Of a stretch of 63,426 bases of DNA, positions 33,900 to 43,055 are shown in pieces. The notes beneath the pieces were generated by a model, which was not told the origin of the DNA, searched no databases, and was given only the letters and a program-made list of their open reading frames with translations. This DNA is from Patescibacteria group bacterium UBA4473 (GTDB taxonomy: Bacteria; Patescibacteriota; Gracilibacteria; UBA4473), in the NCBI GenBank assembly GCA_002389285.1, contig DGOF01000029.1, forward strand, positions 1 to 63,426, read 5' to 3'. The translations under genes and the position numbers were made by a program. Positions within the stretch are counted from its first letter, which is position 1. The number at the start of each line of letters is the position of its first letter.

Positions 33900-36677
33900 A
33901 TGAGTTTACAAAAAATTCGGAAACGCAGTGGCCAGATTGTTGATTTTGATCAGGAACGTATTCGTATCGCAATTGGCAAAGCTGCCAGTGCCAGCGGTAT
34001 TGCTGAGGGAGAATTTTTCCCCGATAGTGTTATGCACGATGTTGTGGGGTCTTTGACCGACCAGTTTGATGGTATGGAAACGGTTCCTTCTGTGGAAAAC
34101 ATTCAAGACATGGTGGAAAAGAAATTGGTGGAATTGGGGCATTTTGATATTGCGAAGTCTTATATTCTTTACCGAGCAGAACATGAACGATTGCGGGCCG
34201 AACAGAGATTGGAGGAACTTAAAAAATTAGAAAAAAATCTTCTTAAGATTGTAAAAGATGATGGGAAATCAGAAGCTTTTCAAGAACAGAAAATTCGAGT
34301 GGTACTGGCTCGAGTGGGAGCAACTTTCCCGGTTGTTGATCAGGATGCGATTCTTAAGGAAGTGAAGAAAAATATTTATGATGGCATGAAAGCGTCTGAA
34401 ATTTCAAAAGTTTTGGTGATGGTCGCTAAAAGTTTTATTGAGCGAGATCCTGGTTATTCGCTTTTTGCCTCGCGACTTCTTTTGGAGTCGGCTTATCCGG
34501 AAGTGATCAACGGAGCCCGTGCTGCACAGGCGGATTTTGAAGACGTTTATCGTACAACCTTTAAGAGCAATTTAAAGAAAGGTGTTGAAGCGGGTCGTAT
34601 TAACCCAGAAATGTTGACGTTTGATTTTACATCGATTGAAAAGGCTTTTGTTGTCGAGCGTGATCATTTGTTGCATTACTTAGGACTGCAGACGTTGTAT
34701 GACCGTTATTTTGTACATATTAATGATCAACGTATTGAGACGCCACAGTATTTTTGGATGCGAGTGGCTATGGGATTGGCGTTGAACGAAAAGAAAGAAG
34801 ACCGTGAGAGGTATGCGGTTGAGTTTTACAACATCTTGTCGACGTTACGATTTGTGAATTCTACGCCGACACTCTTTAATGCCGGAACGACACATTCACA
34901 GCTTTCGTCTTGTTTCTTATCGACGGTTGAAGACAGCCTCTCTCATATCTTTAAAGTGATTGCGGATAATGCGCAGCTTTCGAAATGGGCGGGAGGTATC
35001 GGAAACGACTGGACGAATGTACGCGCAACCGGAGCTCGGATTCATGGGACCAATGGGAAATCACAGGGAGTGATTCCGTTCTTGAAGATCGCAAATGATA
35101 CGGCCGTAGCTGTGAATCAGGGAGGAAAACGAAAAGGTGCCGTCGTTGCTTATCTAGAATGCTGGCACTATGACTACGAAGAATTTTTAGAACTTCGAAA
35201 AAACACAGGAGATGATCGCCGACGAACGCATGATATGAATACGGCATCATGGATTCCAGATCTGTTCATGAAACGATTGGCTGCGGACGGAGATTGGATG
35301 CTTTTTTCTCCGGATGAAGTGCCAGAACTCCATCACATCTACGGTCAGGCTTTTGAGGATAAATATGAGGAATATGAAAAAATGGCAGCAGAAGGAAAAA
35401 TCCTTGTCTGGAAAAAAGTAAAAGCTTCTCAGATCTGGCGTAAAATGGTCACGATGATTTTTGAAACGGGGCATCCTTGGATTACCTTTAAAGATCCTTG
35501 TAATGTTCGTTCACCGCAAGATCACGTGGGGGTGGTGCATAATTCAAATCTTTGTACGGAAATTACGCTTAATAACTCGGATGAAGAAACGGCAGTTTGT
35601 AATCTTGGATCGGTGAATTTGGCGCGTCATTTTGATGCGGAAACAAAGGACCTTGATCGGAAGAAAATGAAGGATACGATTCATACGGCGATGCGAATGC
35701 TTGATAATGTGATTGATATTAATCTTTATCCGACGAAAGAAACCGATACGTCTAACTCTCGACACCGTCCGGTGGGCATGGGGATTATGGGATTTCATGA
35801 TTTGCTCTACCAAAAAAACTTAAATTTTGATTCACAGGAAGCGGTTGATTTCTCGGATGAGCTGATGGAACTCGTGTCTTATCATGCGATCATGGGAAGT
35901 TCTCAGTTGGCCGGGGAACGAGGATCTTACTCTTCTTTCAAAGGTTCCAAATGGGATCGAGATCTTCTGCCGGTTGATACGTTAGATCTTTTGGAACAAG
36001 AGCGTGGAGAGAAGATTGAAGTATCTCGTGAGTCACGGCTGGATTGGACGAGTGTTCGAGATTCGATCAGGACCAACGGAATGCGAAACAGTAACTGTAT
36101 GGCTATTGCGCCGACCGCAACGATTGCAAATATCTCCGGGTGTGTGCCGTGTATTGAGCCGATTTATAAAAATCTCTACGTAAAATCAAATATGGGAGGG
36201 GAGTTTACGGTGATTAATAATTATCTGGTAGAAGAGCTCAAAGAACGAAACCTTTGGAGTAAAGAAATGCTTCAAAAACTTAAAGGTTGTGATGGGTCGG
36301 TCCAGGACATTTTGGAAATTCCACAGGACATTCGAGATAAATATAAAGAAGTCTTCGAGGTTGGTGCTCACTGGATCGTTCAGCATGCGGCTATGCGTGG
36401 GAAATGGATTGATCAAGCGCAATCAACGAATATCTTCTATAAAGGATCGAGTGGAAAAGAGATTTCTGATGTCTACACAATGGCGTGGAAAATGGGCCTC
36501 AAAACAACGTACTATTGCCGAACGCTTGGGGCGACTCAGGTAGAAAAATCAACCGTGAACTTGTCCGCGCAAAAAGGATCACAGCATGGTGATGAGGCGA
36601 AAAAAAAAGACTACACAGAAGCAGAAAAAGTAGTATGTTCTATTATGAATGGTGATCAGTGTGAAGCGTGCCAATAA
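33900..36677 (+). CDS. nrdA: Ribonucleoside-diphosphate reductase alpha subunit (class I, N-terminal ATP-cone)
   Basis: ATP-cone IRKRSGQIVDFDQERIRIAI. Catalytic blocks FNAGT..SSCFL, NLCTEI, the C-terminal tail YYCRT and the terminal CSIMNGDQCEAC. I use ATG 33900; the track's GTG 33813 sits inside the NrdR box. Confidence 0.95.
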   Translation: MSLQKIRKRSGQIVDFDQERIRIAIGKAASASGIAEGEFFPDSVMHDVVGSLTDQFDGMETVPSVENIQDMVEKKLVELGHFDIAKSYILYRAEHERLRAEQRLEELKKLEKNLLKIVKDDGKSEAFQEQKIRVVLARVGATFPVVDQDAILKEVKKNIYDGMKASEISKVLVMVAKSFIERDPGYSLFASRLLLESAYPEVINGARAAQADFEDVYRTTFKSNLKKGVEAGRINPEMLTFDFTSIEKAFVVERDHLLHYLGLQTLYDRYFVHINDQRIETPQYFWMRVAMGLALNEKKEDRERYAVEFYNILSTLRFVNSTPTLFNAGTTHSQLSSCFLSTVEDSLSHIFKVIADNAQLSKWAGGIGNDWTNVRATGARIHGTNGKSQGVIPFLKIANDTAVAVNQGGKRKGAVVAYLECWHYDYEEFLELRKNTGDDRRRTHDMNTASWIPDLFMKRLAADGDWMLFSPDEVPELHHIYGQAFEDKYEEYEKMAAEGKILVWKKVKASQIWRKMVTMIFETGHPWITFKDPCNVRSPQDHVGVVHNSNLCTEITLNNSDEETAVCNLGSVNLARHFDAETKDLDRKKMKDTIHTAMRMLDNVIDINLYPTKETDTSNSRHRPVGMGIMGFHDLLYQKNLNFDSQEAVDFSDELMELVSYHAIMGSSQLAGERGSYSSFKGSKWDRDLLPVDTLDLLEQERGEKIEVSRESRLDWTSVRDSIRTNGMRNSNCMAIAPTATIANISGCVPCIEPIYKNLYVKSNMGGEFTVINNYLVEELKERNLWSKEMLQKLKGCDGSVQDILEIPQDIRDKYKEVFEVGAHWIVQHAAMRGKWIDQAQSTNIFYKGSSGKEISDVYTMAWKMGLKTTYYCRTLGATQVEKSTVNLSAQKGSQHGDEAKKKDYTEAEKVVCSIMNGDQCEACQ

Positions 36678-36709
36678 AAATATATAAATCTTAACTTTCT
36701 ATAAAAAAA

Positions 36710-37723
36710 ATGTCAGACGAGAATAAAAAAAAGACCATCTTAAATTGTTCATCGACCGATCCAAACAAGATTTTTCCGATGAAATACAAATGGGCACGAC
36801 AGCACTACAAAGATGGTGTGGCCAATAATTGGGTGCCGGAAGAAGTGTCGATGCAACGTGATATTGAGCTTTGGAAATCAAGAGATGGTTTGTCGGAAGA
36901 TGAACGACGTATGGTCATGTGGAATCTTGGATTTTTCTCGACGGCAGAAAGTTTGACGGCGAATAACATTGTCTTGGCGATTTACCGGCATGTGACGAAT
37001 CCTGAATGTCGGCAGTACATGCTGCGGCAGGCCTACGAAGAAGCGGTGCATACGGAGACTTTTATTTACTGCTGTGATAGCTTGAATCTTGATCCTGAGG
37101 AAGTCTACAACATGTATGAGACCATCCCTTCGATTCATGAAAAAGATGAATTTGTGGTTAAAATGACGGAGTCTATTTTTGATCCAGAATTTAAAACAGA
37201 CAGTACGGAAAATGTTCAAAAATTTGTACATGATCTTGTGGGATATTATGTCATCATGGAAGGAATCTTCTTCTACGCCGGGTTTGCGATGATGCTTTCG
37301 ATGCTTCGAAATAATAAAATGGTGGGAGTGGGGGAGCAGTTTCAGTACATATTGCGAGATGAGTCTGTGCATTTGTCTTTTGGATCCGACCTCATCAATG
37401 AAATTGTGAAAGAAAATCCAGAGATCTGGACGGACGAGTTCAAGGCAACGATTGCTGAAAATATTAAAAAAGCCGTTGAGCTTGAGTGTGCGTATGCTGA
37501 TGATGCGTTGCCCCGAGGTATTTTGGGACTGCGTCCTGATGTCGTGAGTCAGTATGTGCGGCATGTTGCCGATCGACGACTTGAGCGCATTAATCTTAAA
37601 CCGGTGTACGGTGATGAGAATCCTTTCCCGTGGATGAGTGAGATTATTGATCTGTCTAAAGAAAAAAACTTCTTCGAGTCTCGTGTGACGGAGTACCAGC
37701 AGGGTGGAAGTTTGGGCTGGTAG
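36710..37723 (+). CDS. nrdB: Ribonucleotide reductase beta subunit, class Ic-like (Phe at the radical-Tyr position)
   Basis: 337 aa. Metal ligands: FFSTAESL (Glu80, 36947-36949), EEAVHTETF (Glu111/His114, with Phe118 at 37061-37063 where class Ia has Tyr), MEGIFFYAGF and RDESVHLSFG. Confidence 0.9.
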   Translation: MSDENKKKTILNCSSTDPNKIFPMKYKWARQHYKDGVANNWVPEEVSMQRDIELWKSRDGLSEDERRMVMWNLGFFSTAESLTANNIVLAIYRHVTNPECRQYMLRQAYEEAVHTETFIYCCDSLNLDPEEVYNMYETIPSIHEKDEFVVKMTESIFDPEFKTDSTENVQKFVHDLVGYYVIMEGIFFYAGFAMMLSMLRNNKMVGVGEQFQYILRDESVHLSFGSDLINEIVKENPEIWTDEFKATIAENIKKAVELECAYADDALPRGILGLRPDVVSQYVRHVADRRLERINLKPVYGDENPFPWMSEIIDLSKEKNFFESRVTEYQQGGSLGW

Positions 37724-37734
37724 TATATACTCGA

Positions 37735-37754
37735 ATATATATTCGAATATATAT
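37735..37754. repeat. Perfect 20-bp AT-rich palindrome
   Basis: ATATATATTCGAATATATAT is its own reverse complement. It is preceded by a near-direct copy, tatatactcgaatatata, from 37724. Confidence 0.9.
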
Positions 37755-37760
37755 AGTGAA

Positions 37761-37788
37761 AGACCCCGCCGCAGTTGCGACGGGGTCT
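37761..37788. terminator. Hairpin between convergent genes (putative bidirectional terminator)
   Basis: AGACCCCGCCGC-agtt-GCGACGGGGTCT forms a 12-bp stem with one mismatch. On the minus strand it is followed by TTTCACTATAT. Confidence 0.55.
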
Positions 37789-37809
37789 GACACGATGCGG
37801 TGCGGGGTA

Positions 37810-38487
37810 TCACTTCTTTTTGACCACCGTTGCCGTCACGATTTCTTTGACGGCGGGGACGATGCGCTGATACGGAGGCTTGGGTTCTTCGAACTTTACC
37901 TCTGTTTTTACGGGATCGCCCCATGCAAGCGTCCATTCTTTGTCGGGAACGACGAGTTCCAGCAGTGCGAGGGGATTGATTTTTCCCTCCATGGATCCCT
38001 CTTCGTTGAGGGTGGTAATTGTGATTTCTATGGCCGGTGGATTTGGCATGGCGATTGTGACGGAGCGTACAAAGTGCAGAGGCTCATTTTTTGGTAGGTC
38101 AAACTGCGCAATGAGTCCGCCATCATAGGCCATGTGCATCCGTTTCTTCTGGGGGATGGTTTTCCCCGGATCAAGGAACCCGAGAATAGCCGCGAAGGCC
38201 ATTTTTTCGTCAGGGACGGGATCGGTTTCGATCTCGAAGACGCCGATTTCCTGAGGGTTCCCCCGCAATCCTGTTGGACGGAAGTTGATCAGAATCTCGA
38301 TGGGGACTTTCCGTTGAGGGATGAGTACGGTTATGGGCTTGCTGAAGGCAATACTGATCCCGCTATTGCCCCCAAGTATTCGGATGGGCCGAGATTCCAC
38401 TGGATTGGGTTTGTCTTCTTCGGCGGCGAAGGCCGGTCCAAAGAAGCTCAACATGACCATGATGTAGGTTGTGATTGAGTGTTTCAT
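37810..38487 (-). CDS. Hypothetical secreted protein
   Basis: 225 aa with signal peptide MKHSITTYIMVMLSFFGPAFAAEE. No family recognised. Confidence 0.65.
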   Translation of the reverse strand: MKHSITTYIMVMLSFFGPAFAAEEDKPNPVESRPIRILGGNSGISIAFSKPITVLIPQRKVPIEILINFRPTGLRGNPQEIGVFEIETDPVPDEKMAFAAILGFLDPGKTIPQKKRMHMAYDGGLIAQFDLPKNEPLHFVRSVTIAMPNPPAIEITITTLNEEGSMEGKINPLALLELVVPDKEWTLAWGDPVKTEVKFEEPKPPYQRIVPAVKEIVTATVVKKK

Positions 38488-38633
38488 ACTGAGCGCTCCT
38501 TATGATTGCGCGTTATGGGTTGTGTGATATTGCACCGATCGTGTAAAAGAACGTTCTCTGACGTTCTTCGATCAAGTAGATAAACAACATCAAGAGATGC
38601 TGTTTATATAGTTGTTTTTTTAAGCAAGTCAAT

Positions 38634-39446
38634 CTAGAGCTCTATTTCAATGCCTCCGGTATCATCGAGTTCTTTTTCAACCCGAATGCCGTGCGTCGGT
38701 GGGGTAGATGGTTTTGCATCTCCTTGATGGCGTAACCAGGAAAAAACTTTGTTTCGTTCTGGCGGGGGAGTGTTTTTTTCTGGGGAGGCTGTTTTTTTTG
38801 TAGGGGTAGCAGCCGGACTGTTTTGTTGTTGCAGGCCGCCTCCAGCTACATGAGACTGAACGAGTCCTGTTAATATTTCTTTGAGAGACCCTTCTTCTGT
38901 TTTTTGTTTGAAGTCCACCATGTCTTCACGGAAGGCTTCGAGGAGGGCGGCTGTTCGGTGTGGGTGGGAGACGTCTTTAAAAGAGATAAGTTCTCCACCG
39001 TTTACTTTTTGGAAATGAAGCGTTCCATAGTTGTGAAAAAAAGCAGCGATTCCTATTTTTTCGACTTGGATTTCATCGATGTTCCAGTAATCAATACGCG
39101 TGACCGTTCTTTGAAAAGGCTTGGGCCATTCTAAGAGAAGGATATTGAGATCGGTTACCAGCATGGCGTTACGATACCAGGCATAAAAAATATCGAGGGC
39201 TTTTCCGAATCCCACCAGTCCGATTCCAGCTGCGATCGGCCAGTATTCTCCGGGGAGAAAAAACCAGGCCAAAAAGGAACCCGCACTCGCAAGGGCTAGG
39301 TATCCGGTCATTTTTCGCATAGAAAAAAAGAAAGTTTGGCGAAAGACTCTCAGCACCTGTTCATTCTCTTCTAAAAGGCCCCCAAATCCGATGGCCCGAG
39401 GTCGCCAAGAGCTAATGCGTTGAGATTTGACATCAATTTTTTTCAT
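38634..39446 (-). CDS. Hypothetical membrane protein (2 TM helices followed by a possible bacterial PH-like domain)
   Basis: 270 aa with a hydrophobic hairpin (YLALASAGSFLAWFFLPGEYWPIAAGIGLVGF). The PH-like assignment is only an impression from ...IDYWNIDEIQVEK..GTLHFQKVNG. Confidence 0.55.
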   Translation of the reverse strand: MKKIDVKSQRISSWRPRAIGFGGLLEENEQVLRVFRQTFFFSMRKMTGYLALASAGSFLAWFFLPGEYWPIAAGIGLVGFGKALDIFYAWYRNAMLVTDLNILLLEWPKPFQRTVTRIDYWNIDEIQVEKIGIAAFFHNYGTLHFQKVNGGELISFKDVSHPHRTAALLEAFREDMVDFKQKTEEGSLKEILTGLVQSHVAGGGLQQQNSPAATPTKKTASPEKNTPPPERNKVFSWLRHQGDAKPSTPPTHGIRVEKELDDTGGIEIEL

Positions 39447-39543
39447 ACGCTCTTAGTCTAGAGAGTGCAGCGAAAAGAGAAAAGGGAAAAGATGTGAAAT
39501 TTAAGATTGGAAATTTAAGAAGAGTTTCTTTACACTTCAGGGG

Positions 39544-40194
39544 ATGTTTAAAGAGAAAGATCAAAGTTGGCCGAGTTTCTTCTTGGAAATGGTAATTATA
39601 ATTAGTGTGGTCTTATTTATTCGTTTTTATGTGTTTCAGTTTTTTCGTGTGCATGGTGTTTCCATGTGTCCAACGTTGAATTTTGTGGAGGATAAATGTC
39701 GAGATGGGAAAGGGGAGTTTATTTTTGTGAATGAATTTCTTTATCATTTTCGGAGAGATCCACAGCGGGGAGAGATTGTAGTGTTTCGTCCACCCATCGG
39801 AGAAAAACATTACATCAAACGTGTTATTGGCGTACCAGGTGATACGATTGATGTGCGACATGGGAAGGTTTTTCTGAGTAATGATGAATATCATCAACAA
39901 CTGTTAGATGAACCCTATTTATCGCTTAAAAACAGAGGGAGAACGCTTTCTCAGCGTGAAACATTTGAGGTTCCAGAGGGGCATTATGTGTTGTTTGGTG
40001 ATAATCGACAGAAGAGTCTTGATTCACGCTATTGCTTTAGTGCTTGTGACGGAAGAGCGACGCCATTTGTTCCGAAGAAAAACATTCGAGGGCGGTCAGA
40101 ATTTGTTATTTGGCCCTTGGATCGATTGCGTTGGTTGACCGAAGAGTTGTTCGAAGAAAATGAAGAGGAATCTTCTGCAATAGAAGGTTCTTGA
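39544..40194 (+). CDS. lepB: Signal peptidase I
   Basis: 216 aa with FRVHGVSMCPTL (catalytic Ser), GEIVVFRPP, YIKRVIGVPGDTI (catalytic Lys) and VLFGDNRQKSLDSRY. Confidence 0.9.
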   Translation: MFKEKDQSWPSFFLEMVIIISVVLFIRFYVFQFFRVHGVSMCPTLNFVEDKCRDGKGEFIFVNEFLYHFRRDPQRGEIVVFRPPIGEKHYIKRVIGVPGDTIDVRHGKVFLSNDEYHQQLLDEPYLSLKNRGRTLSQRETFEVPEGHYVLFGDNRQKSLDSRYCFSACDGRATPFVPKKNIRGRSEFVIWPLDRLRWLTEELFEENEEESSAIEGS

Positions 40195-40243
40195 CCTGCT
40201 TGGGTTGGAATCTACAATGGTCGGGCTTTTTAGCTTTTTTAAT

Positions 40244-41416
40244 ATGAAAAAATTTATTCTGGCATTCGTGGTTGGTGTGTTTAGTGTGGGATCTTCTTTT
40301 GCGGCCGATATTCAAGATCTTAAAGTGTTAACGACGGGGTCAGAAACTGTTATTCAGTGGACGGCACTTGCGGAGGAATCGCTTTTTGGAGTGGATGGAT
40401 ATGCTTTGCAGTGGAGTGATAGTCAGACCGAGATTGCGAATGACAAAGCGGCTCGTCAGTTTTTGCAATCATCTCAGTCAAGTTTGGCGATTCGTTCTGC
40501 CGGATTGGAATATAATAGAGAATATTATTTTCGGGTGTACACGTATCGAAAAGAGGGACGGAAAACAATTTTGGGAAATGGTTCTCAAATTTTAAAATGG
40601 AAAAAGCTTTTTAACGGAGAGGTTGAAACTAATTATTTCGATGCGAGTGATGCAAATGTATCAGAAGCCGTGACATCTGGTGCGAACGAAGAGTTTGGAC
40701 ATGTTCGTGTGACGCGATATGACACGTATGCGGTTTTCGCATGGTCTCGTCCGAATCTTGCCAGTAGTGAATATGATGGATTCTCACTTGTGATGGCCTC
40801 AGGAAATAATTTTTCAAATCCATTGGTAACAACGTATACAGGAAAGAATGATTTCAAAGGTCGTATTAATGGTCTTACCCCGGCTACGGAATATTACGTA
40901 CGGGGATACTTTTATAAGACGACAGCCGGAGAAAAAGTTTTATTTGGGGCTGGAAATGTTAAATCGTTCAAAACATCGGCGAAGTTTACCGAGGCACAGC
41001 TCGCTCGGATGGATCGTCTCCGAAAGATGGGGCGTGTAAAAGATCGTGTTTCCCCAACGGCAACTGTGTGGCTCCCCGGGACAGAGGAATCGGCAACGGC
41101 TGCAGCGACCACTACTACGACAACAACAAGCACTTCTTCATCGACCGCAACCGCTTCTTCAACCGGGATGAAAGGGGCTTCTCGTGATCAGGTCAAGGCT
41201 CGTATTTCAGAAGTTGAAAAACAAATTCGAACGCTTCAGGTAGAACTTCGACGATTGCAAACGGATCTTCGAAAGGCTTCGGGGACGAGTGCTTCTCGGG
41301 CGAGTTCTAGGACGACGAGTCGTCGAACATCTTCTTCTGCGTCGACATCTCGATCGAGTCGAACCTCATCGCGTGAATCACTTGTGGAGAGATTAAAGCG
41401 ATTACGATCACGATGA
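40244..41416 (+). CDS. Secreted protein with two FN3-like repeats and a Ser/Thr/Arg-rich C-terminal tail containing a coiled coil
   Basis: Signal peptide MKKFILAFVVGVFSVGSSFA. FN3-like blocks end in EYYFRVYTY and EYYVRGYFY. There is a TTTTTTTSTSSST run. ATG 40244 is preferred over the track's TTG 40205. Confidence 0.65.
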   Translation: MKKFILAFVVGVFSVGSSFAADIQDLKVLTTGSETVIQWTALAEESLFGVDGYALQWSDSQTEIANDKAARQFLQSSQSSLAIRSAGLEYNREYYFRVYTYRKEGRKTILGNGSQILKWKKLFNGEVETNYFDASDANVSEAVTSGANEEFGHVRVTRYDTYAVFAWSRPNLASSEYDGFSLVMASGNNFSNPLVTTYTGKNDFKGRINGLTPATEYYVRGYFYKTTAGEKVLFGAGNVKSFKTSAKFTEAQLARMDRLRKMGRVKDRVSPTATVWLPGTEESATAAATTTTTTTSTSSSTATASSTGMKGASRDQVKARISEVEKQIRTLQVELRRLQTDLRKASGTSASRASSRTTSRRTSSSASTSRSSRTSSRESLVERLKRLRSR

Positions 41417-41443
41417 TCTCGTTAATTTTGACTTTTTATTCCT

Positions 41444-42235
41444 ATGAAAAAATTATTATTACTGGCTTCGGTGTTTTTTGTTTTTCCGGTAGCGGCTCAA
41501 GAAGTTTGTACGGAGTCGATTGTTTATGCGGTGGGATCGGATGGACAGTGTGAAACTTTTAAAAATTCTTGCGTGGTTCCAGATGACTGGAAAACAGTGC
41601 CTTCTTGTGAATCGGTGCGTCCGAAGCGTTTTGGGCGAAGTCCTGATGAATTAGCGAAGCTTCGGGCACAGGGGCGAGCCCGTTCGATGCGTTCAAAACG
41701 ACGTATGCAGGACAAGAAGCCGGAAAGAAGAAGTAATAATACTTACTCCCGAGCGGGACGTGGGAAGTTTATGTCCAGAACAGGTGCCGAACGTCGTGTC
41801 CGTTCAAAAAAGGATGAATCAGCCCCGAAGGGAAAAGTTAGAGGACGTTCGATGCCGAAGTTTGGAAATGCTAAAGCTTATTCACGTTATAAAAAAACAC
41901 TCAATCGTGGAGGATTCAAGGTCGAGGGTGACCAAACGGCAAGGGAAATATTTAAGGAGAAGAAAGCGAAATGGGGATCGAATCGTCCGAATCTTCGAGC
42001 TCGTACGGATGTGATTCGGGAGGGGTATTTGAAAAATGAACCGGACTTTCAAGAGCGACAAAAGAATCGCATGAAAACTCTTGGCGGACGGAAGAATGCG
42101 GCAACGCATTTTGCAGAGCTTCGTCGCAAGAGACGAGAAGCTCTGGGGCCTAAAACACCTCGATCGGCACGGCTCAAACGTCGTTGGACTGGGGATCGTT
42201 TGGAAGGAGATTTAAATCAGCGTCTTCGAGACTAG
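41444..42235 (+). CDS. Hypothetical secreted, highly basic (Arg/Lys-rich) protein
   Basis: 263 aa with signal peptide MKKLLLLASVFFVFPVAAQE. A 4-Cys N-terminal module is followed by a low-complexity K/R-rich region. Confidence 0.6.
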   Translation: MKKLLLLASVFFVFPVAAQEVCTESIVYAVGSDGQCETFKNSCVVPDDWKTVPSCESVRPKRFGRSPDELAKLRAQGRARSMRSKRRMQDKKPERRSNNTYSRAGRGKFMSRTGAERRVRSKKDESAPKGKVRGRSMPKFGNAKAYSRYKKTLNRGGFKVEGDQTAREIFKEKKAKWGSNRPNLRARTDVIREGYLKNEPDFQERQKNRMKTLGGRKNAATHFAELRRKRREALGPKTPRSARLKRRWTGDRLEGDLNQRLRD

Positions 42236-42238
42236 TTT

Positions 42239-42991
42239 ATGCCATCAGATTTTATTGATATTTTCGGTGTTAAAACGCACTTTGTTTCTCATGGAAAAGG
42301 GGAGCGGGTGTTGGTATTTTTGCACGGTTGGGGGGGAAGTGTGGAAAGTTTTGAGAAGCTTTCTGAAAACCTTGATTATAAGATTATTATTCCGGATATG
42401 CCCGGGTTTGGGCTATCCGGTATGCCGGATTCAAAAGGTTGGGATACGCATGATTATGAAGCTTGGTTGGAAGCATTTTTAAAAAAACTAAATATTCAGA
42501 AGGCTTGTTTTTACGGGCATAGTTTTGGGTGCAGAGTGCTCGTGCGATTGCTCTTAAAGCGTCCAGAATTAGCCGAAAAAGTGATTTTAACCGGCGCCGC
42601 CGGTATCAAGTGGCCGTTAAGTTTTCGACAGCGGGTGGCGAAATTCATCAGTGTTCTGAAAATAAAAAAGATTATTCCGGAAAAAATACAGCTGTTCATT
42701 AAGCGTAAGATTTTTAAGGCGCATGATTGGGCCGATGCGCATCCTGAGATTAAGCCCACGTTACAAAAAGTTGTAGAGGAGCCAGATTTCCGAGAGGAGC
42801 TTGTCAAAATACGAACACAAATTTTACTCATCTGGGGAGCTCGTGATACTCTGACACCTATTAAATCAGCACATGTGTATGAGGAAAATTTGCAGAATGT
42901 GACCCTCGCGATTCTTCCAGAAGGCCGGCATGGGATTCATCATACGCATACCGAAGAGATAGCAGGATTGGTGGATCGGTTTTTGGAATGA
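42239..42991 (+). CDS. Alpha/beta-fold hydrolase
   Basis: 250 aa with VLVFLHGWGGS, the nucleophile elbow GHSFGC, and a C-terminal GRHGIHHTH. Confidence 0.8.
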   Translation: MPSDFIDIFGVKTHFVSHGKGERVLVFLHGWGGSVESFEKLSENLDYKIIIPDMPGFGLSGMPDSKGWDTHDYEAWLEAFLKKLNIQKACFYGHSFGCRVLVRLLLKRPELAEKVILTGAAGIKWPLSFRQRVAKFISVLKIKKIIPEKIQLFIKRKIFKAHDWADAHPEIKPTLQKVVEEPDFREELVKIRTQILLIWGARDTLTPIKSAHVYEENLQNVTLAILPEGRHGIHHTHTEEIAGLVDRFLE

Positions 42992-43055
42992 TATTTGACT
43001 TCGGTGATAAAAAGCGTAAAAAGGGGACAAAAAAATTTTTAGCCCCATTTATATC

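Noticed and set aside
36878-37936. 352-aa minus-strand ORF. The same applies to other long antisense ORFs (5254-5949, 9123-9983, 11118-11654, 17730-18416, 21610-22212).
   Set aside because: Each lies antisense to a gene with strong family motifs (nrdB, the vWA gene, the AAA+ gene, the RT gene, the 1001-aa ORF, and purC/trmD). Their translations are low-complexity or Arg/His-rich, which is typical of shadow ORFs.
37790-38500. Apparent GC-rich island around the secreted-protein gene, as a possible horizontal transfer
   Set aside because: Hand counts of two 60-nt blocks here gave 55% and 52% GC. A comparison block at 28441-28500 gave 50%. The difference is too small to claim without a proper windowed calculation.
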